Shown here piece by piece: positions 31,331 through 44,233 of a DNA stretch of 64,000 nucleotides. The first letter of the stretch is position 1, and each line of letters begins with the position of its first letter. This stretch comes from an uncultured Gemmatimonadales bacterium (GTDB lineage Bacteria > Gemmatimonadota > Gemmatimonadetes > Palauibacterales > Palauibacteraceae): positions 320,001 through 384,000 of the forward strand of contig CAWANJ010000006.1 of assembly GCA_963783385.1 (NCBI GenBank). Reading direction: 5' to 3'. Both the position numbers and the translations under genes were made by a program. Under the pieces are notes generated by a model, which saw nothing but the letters and a program-made list of their open reading frames with translations, searched no databases and was not told where the DNA came from.

Positions 31331-33514
31331 GTGTTCGAGCGAGCATCCCGAGCGGTGACGGCCGTGCTGGCGGTCGGTGTCCCGGCGGCGGCCGCCCTCG
31401 CGGTCCGGCCCCGCCCGGCCCGGGCCGCTTTGCTCGTGGCCGAGCCTGTCGCGCCCGGGCGCGCGACGGCACGGGACGGGCCGCCCGCAGCCGCTCCCGA
31501 CACGGCTCCCTGGGACGGGCCCCGAGTCGAGGCGCTCGTGCGCGGCGCCATCCGGGCCCGCCGTGACGCCTGGTCGGACTCCAGCCTCCGGAATTTCGAG
31601 GCTCGGGTCGACGCCCACGTCTACTTCCTGGCCGGCGTTGGACCCGAGGAGGAGGTAGGCCGGGGGGAGGCCTCGCACGAGCGCGTGATCCGGGCCGACC
31701 AGCTCGCCCTGCGCGTCCGGTGGCAGGCTCCCGATGGCTCGGTCCAGACGATCATCGGCCGTCGCTCCCGTCAGCGGCTCCCCACGCCCATCCGCTACCA
31801 CCTGGACCATCTCAGCCTGGTGATGGCCAACTTCGGCGACCGGATTCGCATAGGGGAGGGAACGGAGGTGCCGGGCGTGCTGCATCCGATCGCGCCCGGC
31901 GGACCCTCCTTCTACCGCTACCGGCTCGCCGACTCCATGACCATCCGCACGGCGGACCATCGGACCACGCTCTACCGGGTGGAGGTTCGTCCCCGGGACC
32001 TCTCCGACCCGGGCGTGGTCGGCAGCGTGTACCTGGATGGCGCCACCGGCGCGGTGGCCCGCATGCGCTTCACCTTCACGCCGGCATCCTACCGGGACCC
32101 CAGCCTGGCCAGCATCACGGTCGATCTCGAGGCCGCCCTGCGCGGCGGCCACTGGTGGCTCCCCGCCGAGCAGTGGGTCGAGATTCGCCGGCACGCGCGC
32201 TGGCTCAGCTTCCCGTTGACCGGGGTGATCCGCACCCACCTGGTCGTGCGCGACCTGCAGGTCAACGTCCGCGACATGCCGACCCTCCCTGCGGGCGCCA
32301 GGGTCATGACCCTGAGCAAGCCGAAGCTGCACGCCTATCACGGATGGCAGGAGGGGTTGTTCGACGACCCGGCGGCCTCGGACCTCACGGGAGCCATGGG
32401 GCCGGAGGAGGTGCGCGAGGAAGCCCGCAGGCTCGTGCGCGGTCGCTTCCTGGGAGGCGGCGGCCGGCTGAGCCCGGCCCTGCCCGACGCTTCGTCGGCG
32501 TTCAGAGTCCGGCGGGCCGAGGGCGTGCTGCTCGGAGCCGGCGTCCGCTACCGGCTGAACGACGTGAGCGCGCTGGACGGCTGGGCCGGATGGCCATTCG
32601 AGGCCGAGCTCCTCGAGTGGAGGGCGCGCTACCGGGGCGCCGTCGCGGGAGGCCGCCTGACGCTGGAAGCCTACGGACACCGCTTCACCGACATCGGCCC
32701 CTTCCAGGCGGCGCCCGGCGCCGTGTCCACGGCGGGCTTCATCATCGGGGGCGAGGACTTCACGGACCCCTACTTCCGTACGGGAGGTCGTGCGTCGATC
32801 ACCTTCCCGGCGTGGGGCGGATCGCTGTCGACCGGCATCCGGCTGGAGCGGCAGCGCTCCGCCCACCTGGTCGCCTACCCGCCCCGGGACGAGCTCACGC
32901 GGCCGGTGAGGCCGGCGCGCCCGGGCGACCTGGCCGCCCTCGAGCTGGACTGGCAGAGCTCGTTCGGGGGTCCGGCCTCCGGGAGCTGGCGTGCCGACGT
33001 GGACCTGCTCGGAAGCAGCTCGGAGGTGGGGGACTTCGGCTACACCAGGGAGATCGTCACGCTGGGCGGTCGCTCCAATCCCGGAGCGGCGCCGTGGGGC
33101 TGGGAGGCGCGGCTGGGTCTGGCGCTCGTGACCGGTTCCCCGCCGCCGCAGTCTCTCCTCCTCGAGGGGGGGCGTGGCACGGTCCCGGGCTACGCCTTCC
33201 GGGCGTGGGGAGGCGATCGCGCAGCGTTCGCCAACCTGGCCGTGACGCACCAGGTGATCGGCACCTTCGTTCGCGTGCGGGCCCTGGCCGCGGTCGGCTG
33301 GGTCGATCGCGGCCCGGCCGCCGGGGCCGCCGCCGTCTGGGATTCCGTCTACGGAGCGGCTTCCGTGCACGACTCCAGGGGTCTCAGACCTTCCGCCGGC
33401 GCGGGCCTGGACTTCCTGGACGGGATCCTGCGAGTGGAGGCGGCGCGCGGGCTGGACCACGGATTCTGGGAGTGGATGGTGAGCGTCGATCCTCGGATCG
33501 GCAGCATACTCTGA
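31331..33514 (+). CDS. Hypothetical outer-membrane beta-barrel protein
   Basis: Hydrophobic N-terminal signal; C-terminal half of alternating amphipathic strands ending GILRVEAARGL..WEWMVSVD. Confidence 0.65.
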   Translation: MFERASRAVTAVLAVGVPAAAALAVRPRPARAALLVAEPVAPGRATARDGPPAAAPDTAPWDGPRVEALVRGAIRARRDAWSDSSLRNFEARVDAHVYFLAGVGPEEEVGRGEASHERVIRADQLALRVRWQAPDGSVQTIIGRRSRQRLPTPIRYHLDHLSLVMANFGDRIRIGEGTEVPGVLHPIAPGGPSFYRYRLADSMTIRTADHRTTLYRVEVRPRDLSDPGVVGSVYLDGATGAVARMRFTFTPASYRDPSLASITVDLEAALRGGHWWLPAEQWVEIRRHARWLSFPLTGVIRTHLVVRDLQVNVRDMPTLPAGARVMTLSKPKLHAYHGWQEGLFDDPAASDLTGAMGPEEVREEARRLVRGRFLGGGGRLSPALPDASSAFRVRRAEGVLLGAGVRYRLNDVSALDGWAGWPFEAELLEWRARYRGAVAGGRLTLEAYGHRFTDIGPFQAAPGAVSTAGFIIGGEDFTDPYFRTGGRASITFPAWGGSLSTGIRLERQRSAHLVAYPPRDELTRPVRPARPGDLAALELDWQSSFGGPASGSWRADVDLLGSSSEVGDFGYTREIVTLGGRSNPGAAPWGWEARLGLALVTGSPPPQSLLLEGGRGTVPGYAFRAWGGDRAAFANLAVTHQVIGTFVRVRALAAVGWVDRGPAAGAAAVWDSVYGAASVHDSRGLRPSAGAGLDFLDGILRVEAARGLDHGFWEWMVSVDPRIGSIL

Positions 33515-33521
33515 GGCGCAC

Positions 33522-34508
33522 ATGACCAAAGTGCTCATCCTGGATGGGGCGGCCGTCGAGCGGCTGCTCGAGGTGGAGCCGCTGCTCGCGGCCCTCGAAG
33601 AGGCCTTCCGGAAACTGAGTGCCGGAGAGGCCTCCGTGCCCCCGCGGGTCGCGGCCCGCACGCCGCACGGCCTCCTGGGCGCCATGCCCGGCTACGTGGA
33701 GGGCGCCGGACTGGCCTCGAAGCTGGTGACCGTGTTCCCCGGCAACGACGACGGGGAGCACCCGTCGCACCAGGGCCTCATCGTGCTGTTCGACGAGCGT
33801 AGGGGGGCGCCGCTGGCCGTCATGGACGGCATCCGGATCACGGCGCTCCGCACCGCGGCCGCCACGGCCGTGGCCACTCGTCACCTGGCCCGGGACGACG
33901 CCTCGGTCCTGGCCATCCTCGGTGCCGGAGTCCAGGGCCGGGCCCACCTCGAGACCGTGCCCCGGGTCCGGGCCCTCCGCGAGGTCCGCGTCGCCTCGCG
34001 CACGCCGGCGCACGCACGGGCTCTGGCGCGGGAGGCGCCGTCCCTGCTGGCCGGATCCGCGGGCGACGGATCCGCGCCCGAGGTCGTGGCCTGCGAGACG
34101 TTCGAGGAAGCGGTGCGTGGCGCGGACATCGTGTGCGCCTGCACGGACGCCCACCACCCGGTGATCGAGTTCGACTGGCTGGCACCGGGGGCGCACGTCA
34201 ACTCGGTGGGTGGAAGCGCCGGCAGGGAGCTGGACGCGGCCACGGTCTACCGGGGCCGGCTGTTCGTGGAGTGGCGCGGAGCCGTCACCAGCGCGCCTCC
34301 GGCGGGAGCCGGCGAGCTTCAGGGGCTCGATCCGGATACGGCCGTGGAGCTGGGCGAGCTACTGGCGGGCGGCCGCTCCGGCCGGGGGTCGGACCGGGAG
34401 ATCACCGTGTACAAGTCGACCGGCCACGCCGTCGAGGACGTGGCCGCGGCGCGGCTCGTCTACGAGCGCGCCCTGCGCGCGGGCCTGGGTACGACCGTCT
34501 CGATCTAG
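33522..34508 (+). CDS. Ornithine cyclodeaminase/mu-crystallin family protein
   Basis: KLVTVFPGN, ITALRTAAA, ILGAGVQGRAH, YKSTGHAVED. Confidence 0.93.
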   Translation: MTKVLILDGAAVERLLEVEPLLAALEEAFRKLSAGEASVPPRVAARTPHGLLGAMPGYVEGAGLASKLVTVFPGNDDGEHPSHQGLIVLFDERRGAPLAVMDGIRITALRTAAATAVATRHLARDDASVLAILGAGVQGRAHLETVPRVRALREVRVASRTPAHARALAREAPSLLAGSAGDGSAPEVVACETFEEAVRGADIVCACTDAHHPVIEFDWLAPGAHVNSVGGSAGRELDAATVYRGRLFVEWRGAVTSAPPAGAGELQGLDPDTAVELGELLAGGRSGRGSDREITVYKSTGHAVEDVAAARLVYERALRAGLGTTVSI

Positions 34509-34566
34509 GCCGATCCGCGGCCGGGGCCCCGGTCCGCCGCGGCCGCGGGACGTCCCTCGATCCAGC

Positions 34567-37417
34567 TCAGGGCTTGCACGCGTACCACGTGCGGCCCACT
34601 CCGATCTCGACCCGGAGCGGCACCTCCAGGGTCATGGCCCCCTCCATGGCCGCGCGGACCGTCTCGCGCGCCTCCTCCACCGCGCCCTCGCGCACCTCGA
34701 ACAGCAGCTCGTCGTGCACCTGCACGAGCATGCGCGTCCGGTCGGGGTCGAGCTCGTCGTGCAGCCGGATCATGGCCAGCTTGATCAGGTCGGCCGCCGA
34801 CCCCTGGATGGGCGAATTGGTGGCCGTGCGCTCCCCGAACCCGCGCACGCCGGGGTTCCTGGAACGGATCTCCGGAATGTAGCGCCGCCGCCCGCTGAGG
34901 GTCTCGACGTAGCCCTTCTCGCGGGCCTCCTCCTTCATTCGCTCCAGGTAGGCCTTCACGCCCGCGAAGCGCTCGAAGTAGCCCTCGATGAAGCGCGCCG
35001 CCTCACGCCGAGAGATCCCGAGCTGCGCCGCCAGGGCTGCCGGTCCCTGGCCGTAGATCGTGGCGAAGTTGATGGTCTTGGCGCGATCCCGCATGCCGCC
35101 GTTCACGTCCTCCGGCTTCACGCCGAAGATGCGCGCCGCCGTCTCCCGGTGGATGTCGCGACCCTCCCGGAAGGCCCGCACGAACGCGGGGTCGCCGGAC
35201 AGGTGCGCCAGGATACGGAGCTCCACCTGGGAGTAGTCCGCTCCCAGGAAGGTCCACCCCTCCTCGGCCACGAAACCCTTGCGGATCTCGCGCCCCAGGA
35301 CCGATCGGATCGGGATGTTCTGGAGGTTGGGCTCGGAGGAGGACAGACGCCCCGTGGCGGCGATGGTCTGGTTGAAGCTGGTGTGGACGCGGCGCGTGTC
35401 GGGATTGACCAGGCCGGGGAGGACGCTGACGTAGGTCGAGTTCAGCTTGTCGAGCTCCCGGTATTCGAGGATGAGCCGCGGGATCTGGTGGCCGCGGGCG
35501 GCGAGCTCGGTGAGCACGCTTTCGTCGGTCGACGGCCCCGTCTTGGTCCGCTTGAGGACCGGGAGCTCCAGCCTCTCGAACAGGAGCTCCCGGAGCTGCG
35601 GCACCGAGCGCAGGTTCACCTCCTCGCCGGCGATCTTCTGGATCTCCTCCTCCACCAGCCGGAGCTCCCGGGAGATCCGCTCCTGGAGCTTCTCGAAGAA
35701 GGCGAGGTCCAGCCCGATCCCGGTCATCTCCATGTCGGCGAGCACCGGGACGAGCGGCACCTCGATGCGCTCCAGGAGCTCGAGCATGGCGTGCTCGCGG
35801 AGCTCGCGCTCGAGCACCCCGGCCAGCCGCAGCGTGTAGTCCGCGTCCTCCCCGGCGTACTGGAGGGCGTCGTCCAGCGAGACCTCGGCGAAGGAGATCT
35901 GGGAGGCCCCGCTCCCGCACACGTCCTCGTAGGAGGTCAGCTTCCGGCCCAGCCGGTCCATGACCAGGATGTCGAGGGCGTGCTCGCGCTTCCCGGGATC
36001 GAGGCAGTAGGAGGCCAGCGAGGTGTCGAACCGGATCCCCCCGATCTCCCCGCCGGCCCTGCGCAGCACCACGAGGTCGTACTTGATGTTCTGCCCCACC
36101 TTGGCCACCTCCGGATCGGCCAGCAGGGCCCGCAGCGGTTCCATCGGCTCATCGGTCAGGGCGGGGAGGTTGTCCGGCTCGCGGGCGTCCAGCGCCAGGG
36201 CCGGCTCGCCGTCGGGCCCGGTCTCGGTCATGGGCGGTACGTGCCCGACCGGCAGGTAGAAGGCCCGGCCCGGCTCGGCGGCCAGCGAGATCCCGACCAG
36301 CCGCGCTCTCATCGGGTCGAGGGACGTGGTCTCGGTGTCCACGGAGAGTAGAGGGCCGATCCCGGGTCCCTCCTCCGCCTCCCCGCCGGAGCCCTCGGCG
36401 CCCCGGGCGCCCACTTCCCCTCGCAGCGCGGCGCGAAGCTCGCCGACCACCTCGGCCAGACGCTCGACGGAGGTCACGAGCTCGTAGTCCTCCTGGACCT
36501 GGTCGCCCTTCCCTTCGGGCGCGTATTCGCGCAGGAGGGTGTGGAACTCCAGGGCGAGGAACAGGTCGCGGAGCCGCCTGCGATCGGGAGGCTCCCGGCG
36601 GAAGCGCTCCAGGTCGAGCGACACGGGCGCATCGCGCCGGATGGTCACCAGCTCCCGTGAGAGCCGGGCTCCATCGGCGGCTCCCTCCAGGGCGTTCCGG
36701 GCCCGGGTGCTCTTGACCTCGTCCACGTGGGCCAGGACGCCTTCGAGACTCCCGAAGCGCTCCAGGAGCTTGGGCGCCGTCTTCTTCCCGATCCCGCGCA
36801 CGCCCGGGACGTTGTCCGAGCTGTCGCCGATGAGAGCCAGATAGTCGGGCACCTGGGCCGGTGGCACGCCCAGCCGCTCGTCGGCGTTGTCCGGGGACAC
36901 CCACTCGGCATCCACTCCGGCGGGGCCGCCCCGCCCGGGGTTCAGGAGCCAGAATGTGCTCGTCGATGAGCTGGTAGAAGTCCTTGTCCCCGGAGATGAT
37001 GACCGTCTGGAGCCCCGTCCCCTCGGCCTCGGCGGCCAGCGTCCCGATCACGTCGTCCGCCTCCCAGCCCTCGGCCTCGACGACGGGTACCCGGAACGCC
37101 TCGACCAGCTCCCGACAGCGAGGCAGGGAGGCCTCGAGCTCGTCCGGCATCTTCTCTCGCGTCGCCTTGTACTCGGGGTGCATCTCGGTCCGGAAGCTGT
37201 CGCCCGCGTCGAACACGACCGCCAGGTAATCGGGCCGGTGGTTGTCCAGCACGTCGATGAGGAAGCGCGCGAGGCCGTACGGCGCGGAAGTGTTCTCCCC
37301 CTTCGAGGTGGTGAGAGGGCGGCTGATCATGGCATAGAACGCCCTGTAAATGAGGGCGTAGCCGTCGATCAGGTAGAGGATCGGGCGGTCGAACTCGGGG
37401 ACGGATACGTCGTTCAC
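34567..37417 (-). CDS. polA: DNA polymerase I (apparent +1 frameshift ~36953)
   Basis: LIDGYALIYRAFY, EADDVIGTL, SGDKD; then GDSSDNVPGVRGIG, DTET, TGRLSSSEPNLQNIP, DYSQVELR, AKTINF, QVHDEL. Confidence 0.97.
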
Positions 37418-37517
37418 GGCTCTCCGTGGCTGTAAACGGTTGCGCCCCGCGCCGGGGGCGCGGGGCGCGGCGGCGCCCGCACGGGACGGGCGTGTTAACT
37501 GCGGCGGGACCCTGCGG

Positions 37518-37721
37518 TCAGACCCGGGTCACGCGCGTCGCGTGAAGGCCCTTGTCGCCCTTGGCCAGCTCGAACTCGACTTCCTGCCCCTCGGCCAGGG
37601 TCTTGAAGCCGTCCATCTCAATGGCGCTGTAGTGGACGAAGATGTCCTCGCTGCCGTCCGGCGGCTCAATGAAGCCGTAGCCCTTGGCGTCGTTGAACCA
37701 CTTCACGGTACCTCGGGGCAT
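37518..37721 (-). CDS. Cold-shock protein (CspA family)
   Basis: [32 protein letters not shown]; AGGAGG RBS. Confidence 0.97.
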   Translation of the reverse strand: MPRGTVKWFNDAKGYGFIEPPDGSEDIFVHYSAIEMDGFKTLAEGQEVEFELAKGDKGLHATRVTRV

Positions 37722-37871
37722 GGAACTCCTCCTGCGCGGATGAACGGGTGGGGGACACGAGTTCCATCGTATTCCGGGTCTCCGGCGTCGTCAACAGCCC
37801 CGCGGGCGGCGGGCGGGACCCGGGTATACGGCGGCTCGCGGATGCGTCGCGGGCGTGGGCCCGCACGGCCG

Positions 37872-40058
37872 CTAACCGGTGCCCAGGGCCGAATCGGCCG
37901 CGGTCGACGCCGGCCCCAGGTCGTGGAGCTTCCGGTAGAGGAGCTCGTTGCGGAGGACAGCCTTCACGTAGCGCCGTGTCTCCGCGAAGGGGATCGCCTC
38001 CACGAACAGCTCCGCGTCCGCGCGGCGCTCGGGGAGCCGGCGCCATCAATGCCACCGGGTCGGGCCCGCGTTGTACGCCACCAGCGCCGCCAGCCGGGAT
38101 CCATCGTAGCGTGCGAGGAGCTCGGACAGGTAGCGGGCACCCAGCTGGATGTTCACCCCGGGATCCAGGAGATCCGTGGAGTCCGGCTCGGGCAGGCCGG
38201 CGTTCCGCGCCACCCGCCGCGCCGTGACCGGCATGAGCTGGGTGAGACCCACGGCCCCCGCGTCCGAGACGGCTTCGGGGTCGAAGGCCGACTCCTGTCG
38301 CACGACGGCGGCCAGGAGGGCCGGGTCGACGTTGACCTGGCGGGCCGCGGCAATGAGGGTGTCCCGGTACGGAAGCGGGTACACCGCCCTGAGCAGGGAC
38401 TCGTCCCACTGGCCGCTCCGCGCCGCGAACGCGCTCCAGGCCATCCCAATGGCGGGGCTCGACCAGCCGGCCTCCTCCAGCCGATGGGCCAGCTCCAGGC
38501 GGTCCGCACCCTGCTTCACCAGCGCTTCCCGGGCGGCAGCCAGCTCGGTGAGGGCCCGCGGCCTCCACCCCAGCTCTCGGAGCAGATTCATGCGCGCCAG
38601 CAGGGTGTCGACCCGGTCGCTCCAGGCCGGGGCGGGCTCGGGCAGCGTATCCGGATCCACGCCAGCCAGGACGTCTCCTCCCAGCCGATCCGCGGCGCGC
38701 AGTCCGTAGTAGCCGACGGGGTCGGTACGCGCCACGCGCCCGTACAGCCCCAACGCCGCCAATGTGTCACCGGCGGCCTCGCGGGCCCGGCCCTCCCAGT
38801 AGACCGCCGCCGACGCCCAGGCGCCCCTGGGGCTACGGAGCCGATAGCTCCGGAAGCGGACCGCCGCCCCGGCGTAGTCCTCCTGGAGGAAGGCCACGAA
38901 ACCGAGCCTCATGAGTGCCAGGCCACCGTAGTAGGAGCGCGGAAAGCGCGCCGAAGTGCGCTTCAGCCAGGTTCGCATGGACGTGAGTCGCCCTCGATCG
39001 TGCGCCAGGTCGGCCAGGAGGTAGGCCGCGCGCGCCGCGGCGACACCCCGGCCGCGCGCGGCTCGCCGGAAGGCGGACTCGGCCCCCGAGCGACGGCCAC
39101 GCCGCAGCGCATCCGTGCCCACGGCCAGCTCCATCGCGGCCCGCACGGAGTCGGGCGTCGCCTCGCGGCCCACCCACGGTTGGACCGCCACATCCACGCC
39201 CGGCAGCCCGGCGTCCAGGCGGGTTTCGGCGAGCCGGAGCGAAAGTCGGGCCCGCCGGGCCGCCGGCGCCGCGCGCACCGCACGAGCCAGGAGCTCGGCC
39301 GCGTGCCCGGACCGGCCCTCCCGGCGTTCGGCCATGGCCACGTCGCGCAGCGTCTCCCAGCCGTCGTCGAGTGCCAGGAGGCTGTCGCCCGCCCCGCGCG
39401 GCACGCCCTCCGCCTGCAGGGCTCGGCGGTAGCCCGCCGTGGCGGCGGCCGTGTCGCCGGCGCCGAGGAGGACCGGCGCGGCCCGACCCGTCCACAGCTC
39501 CGGATCCCAGCGGGCGTCCACGGACGCGGCCACCGCCGCCAGCGCGGCCGGAGGCTCCGAGTCCCCCGCGACCAGCGCCGCGCGCGCCAGCTCGAGGTCG
39601 ATGGAATCGGCTAGAATGCTCGGATCCGAACGAAGGCGAGCGGCCAGCGACTGCGCCCAGGCCGGGAGGCCCGCGCGGGCCGCCTGCTGGAGGGCGGAAA
39701 GCCCGAGCCATCCGGAGATCTCGGGGCGGCCACGTGCGGCCGCCGCGTACAGCCCGCCGGCGGCGGCGTGCTGGCCGGCGGAGGCCAGCCGGTCGGCCCT
39801 CCCGGTGAGGGCCCGGAGGGAGTCGAGCGAGAGGGTGTCCGGCCGGACGAGCATCTCCCGGTCGGTCGCCGCCGTACCGGCGCCGACCCGGGCCAGGGCC
39901 GGCGGCGAGAGCCCCGCCACGGGACCGACGGCCAGGAGCGCGAGGCCGAGCATGGCCGTCGACCGGGGAGCCGCCGCCCCGCGACGACGGCGGACGGGGA
40001 GCACGACCCGCCGTCCGGCACCGGGATCTCGATCGCGCCGATCACGTGTCCCGGGCAT
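37872..40058 (-). CDS. Soluble lytic transglycosylase (TPR/helical + SLT domain); internal in-frame TGA at 38048-38046
   Basis: VVRQESAF..GAVGLTQLMP..NIQLGARYL..AYNAGP; the frame continues past the TGA to FVEAIPFAETRRYVK and TAG at 37874-37872. Confidence 0.88.
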
Positions 40059-40193
40059 CGTCTCGGTCTCCCACATCCCCGTCCCACACCCGACTGCGCG
40101 AAGGGCCCGGGATGCGATCCCGGGCCCTCGCCGCCACCGTTCAGCTTGGGAGGTCCGGGCGGTCGGAGCCGCCGGCGGCCTCCGCGTCGCGCG

Positions 40194-40901
40194 TCAGCCC
40201 GCGGCGCGGCCCGTGTCGTGCTCGTGGAGAGCGTCGATCATCTTCTGCGTGCTCTCCTCCATCGAGAGGACAAGGCGGTCCACCTGCGTCACGAAGTAGT
40301 TGTGCGCGATGTTGATCGGGATCGCGATCGTGAGACCGGCGGCCGTCGTGATCAGGGCCACCTTGATCCCGCCCGCCACCAGCGTGGCCTCCACCTCGCC
40401 GGCGATCTGGATGGCCTGGAAGGCCTGGATCATCCCGACCACCGTGCCGAGGAAGCCGAGCAGCGGCGCGACGTTGGACAGGGTGGCCAGCCACACCAGG
40501 CCGCGCTCGAGGCCGGCCAGCTCGATCACGCCGGCGTTCTCGACGGCACGCATGGCCCGCTCGGCGCCCTCGTCGTGGCGGCGCAGGCCGGCCTTCAGGA
40601 TCCTGGCGGCGGGAGCCTTGGACTCCTCGCAGCGCTGCAGGGCCGCGTCGAGCTTGTGCTGAGCGATGAGCTCATCGACCTCGCCGAGCAGCGACCGGGT
40701 ACGCGCGGACTTCGTCATCAAGTCGATGAACTTCCAGACGATGATGATGGCCCCGGCGACGGCGCAGAAACCGAGCGGGTACATCATGAAGCCGCCCGCC
40801 TTCCACAGTTCTCCGAAGTGCAGCTTCTGTCCGGCACCAATGGTTGGCGTGGCGGCCTGCAGCAGCAGGAGCGCCAATGCGGTGAGACTGCTCAAGGTCA
40901 C
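40194..40901 (-). CDS. MotA/TolQ/ExbB proton channel family protein
   Basis: APLLGFLGTVVGMIQAF..AGGIKVALITTAAGL..AIP. Confidence 0.93.
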   Translation of the reverse strand: MTLSSLTALALLLLQAATPTIGAGQKLHFGELWKAGGFMMYPLGFCAVAGAIIIVWKFIDLMTKSARTRSLLGEVDELIAQHKLDAALQRCEESKAPAARILKAGLRRHDEGAERAMRAVENAGVIELAGLERGLVWLATLSNVAPLLGFLGTVVGMIQAFQAIQIAGEVEATLVAGGIKVALITTAAGLTIAIPINIAHNYFVTQVDRLVLSMEESTQKMIDALHEHDTGRAAG

Positions 40902-41013
40902 CTCCAGCGTGCTCGTTCCTTACCGGGCCCGCAACCACGCAGGAAGCTACGCGTGCCGGACCGCACCCGATCGACAGTAGGCCCGAGAACCTATTCGGGG
41001 CTCCGATGGGCTG

Positions 41014-42074
41014 TCAAGCCGGGGGCTCGTCCGCGACCCCCGCTGGCGGGTCGATCCCCTCGGCCACACGCCAGGCCGGCGTCTTGATGCAGCGGGCCCA
41101 TCCCTCCGGACGCTTGCGTTCGAGTGGCGGAAGCGTGGCCCGACAGGCGGCGTCCCGCTCCGGGTGCATACACCGCGGCTCGAACGGGCAGCCCCCCTCC
41201 GGCACGGACCCGGCCCGCGCCTCTCCGCGCACCGGGGCGTGCGCACGCCGGCCGGGGCGCGGCCTCGGGACCGCCTCCAGGAGCGCCCGCGTGTACGGGT
41301 GCAGGGGACGTCGGAACAGCTCCTCGCACGTCCCCGATTCCACGATGCGGCCCATGTACATGACCGCCACGCGCTGGGCCACGTGGCGAACGACGGCCAG
41401 GTCGTGGGCGATGAACAGGTAGGTGAGACCAAGATCCCGCTGCAGGTCCGAGAGCAAGTTGAGGACCTGGGCCTGCACGGACACGTCGAGGGCGCTCACC
41501 GGCTCGTCCGCCACCACGAGGTCGGGCTCGACGCTGAGCGCGCGGGCGATCCCGATCCGCTGGCGCTGGCCGCCGGAGAACTCGTGGGGATAGCGCCCGG
41601 CGTCCTCGGGATCGAGGCCGACGCGGCGCAGCAATTCGGCGACCCGCTCGGGAACCCGTTCCCGCGGCACCACGCCGTGGACGCGGAGCGGCTCGCCCAG
41701 CGCCTCGCCGACCCGGATGCGAGGATTGAGCGAGCCGACCGGGTCCTGGAACACGATCTGGGCACGGCGCCGGAAGGAGAGGAGGTCGGCGCCCGAGAGG
41801 CCGTGCACATCGGCGCCGTCGAAGCGCACGGTCCCGGCGTCCGGGCGCTCCAGCCCGAGGACGATCCGGGCCGTCGTCGACTTTCCGCAGCCCGACTCCC
41901 CGACCAGCGCCAGGGTCTCTCCGCGGCGGAGCTCGAAGGAGACGTCCCGCACGGCACGGATGGCCTCGCCCCGCCGCCGGAAGGCACCGCCGGATGCCGC
42001 GTAGGTGCGGGCGATCCCCTCGACCTCGAGGAGGGGCCCGTCGCCGGCGGGGGCCGCCGAAGATGCCGGCCCGG

Positions 42075-42078
<4 letters not shown>
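41014..42078 (-). CDS. Oligo/dipeptide ABC transporter ATP-binding subunit (OppF/DppF-like)
   Basis: GESGCGKST, YPHEFSGGQRQR, ADEPVSALD, HPYT, C-terminal Cys motif. Confidence 0.93.
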
Positions 42079-43117
<1,039 letters not shown>

Positions 43118-43118
<1 letters not shown>

Positions 43119-44233
43119 CACAGCCCCCGCGCGTGCCGCGGGTCGAGGGCGTCGCGCAGCCCGTCCCCGACCAGATTGAAGCTCATCACCGTGAGCACGA
43201 TGGCCAGGCCCGGAAAGGCCGCGATCCACCAGGCGTTCAGCATCACGTCCCGGCCCGAGGCCACCATGTTGCCCCAGCTCGCGGTGGGCGGCTGAACGCC
43301 GAGGCCGAGGAAGCTGAGCGCCGCCTCGGCCAGGATCGTGTTCCCCACGCCGAGCGTGGCCGCGACGATCACGGGAGTGAGCGCGTTCGGGAGGACGTGC
43401 CGCACCAGGATGCGCCAGCGGCCCAGTCCGAGCGCGCGCGCCGCCTGGACGTAGTCCTCCTCCCGGATCGACAGCACCTGGCCGCGGACGATGCGCGCGG
43501 TCCCCATCCAGCCGGTCAGCCCCAGCACGAGAATCACGAGGCCCAGGTGCGGCTCGAACAGCGCCACGAGAGCAATGAGAAGGACGAGACGGGGGAAGCT
43601 GAGCAACAGGTCGACGCCGCGCATCGAGGCGGTATCCATCATCCCGCCCGCCAGGCCGGCGCCCGAGCCAACCAGCGTTCCCACCGTCATCGCGATCGCG
43701 ACCGCGACGAAGCCGATCGTGAGGCTGATGCGAGCGCCGTACAGGACGCGGCTGAGCACGTCCCGCCCGAAGCGGTCGGTGCCGAGGGGGTGCGCGACGG
43801 ACGGGGGCAGGAAGCGGGTCGCGACCACGGCGTGCTGGGCGTTGGGGTCGAAGGGCGCCAGATAGGGGGTCAGGAGGGCGACGAGGATGAGGGCCGCGAG
43901 CAGGACGAGCCCGATCGACGCCTGCCGGTGGCGCGCGAACGCCTCCCAGTCGATGGGGCCCACCGGAGCATCCGAGGCCTTCCGTGGCTCCCGGCGGAGC
44001 CATCCGAGGGCGGCCACTGGACAGGCGACCAGACAGGCCACGAGCGTGGCCAGGGCCAGCCACTGGTCGGCGGACCCGCCGCGCAGGGTGAAGACGATCC
44101 GTCCGAGGCGCAGGGCGGTCAGCGCCCACAGGAACGCCCAGGCCGCCAGGACGGCGGCGCCTCCGCTCCTCCCCGACAGCGCGGCGCGCGCGCCCGGCAG
44201 CAGGAGGTCCAGGACCAGGCCGGCTCGCCTCAT
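43118..44233 (-). CDS. Oligo/dipeptide ABC transporter permease (OppC/DppC-like) with N-terminal hydrophobic extension
   Basis: HPLGTDRFGRDVLSR, EEDYVQAARALG, EAALSFLGLG. Confidence 0.92.

Noticed and set aside
38046-38048. Selenocysteine in the transglycosylase
   Set aside because: Not a Cys-equivalent position and no redox motif; CGA>TGA is the simpler explanation.
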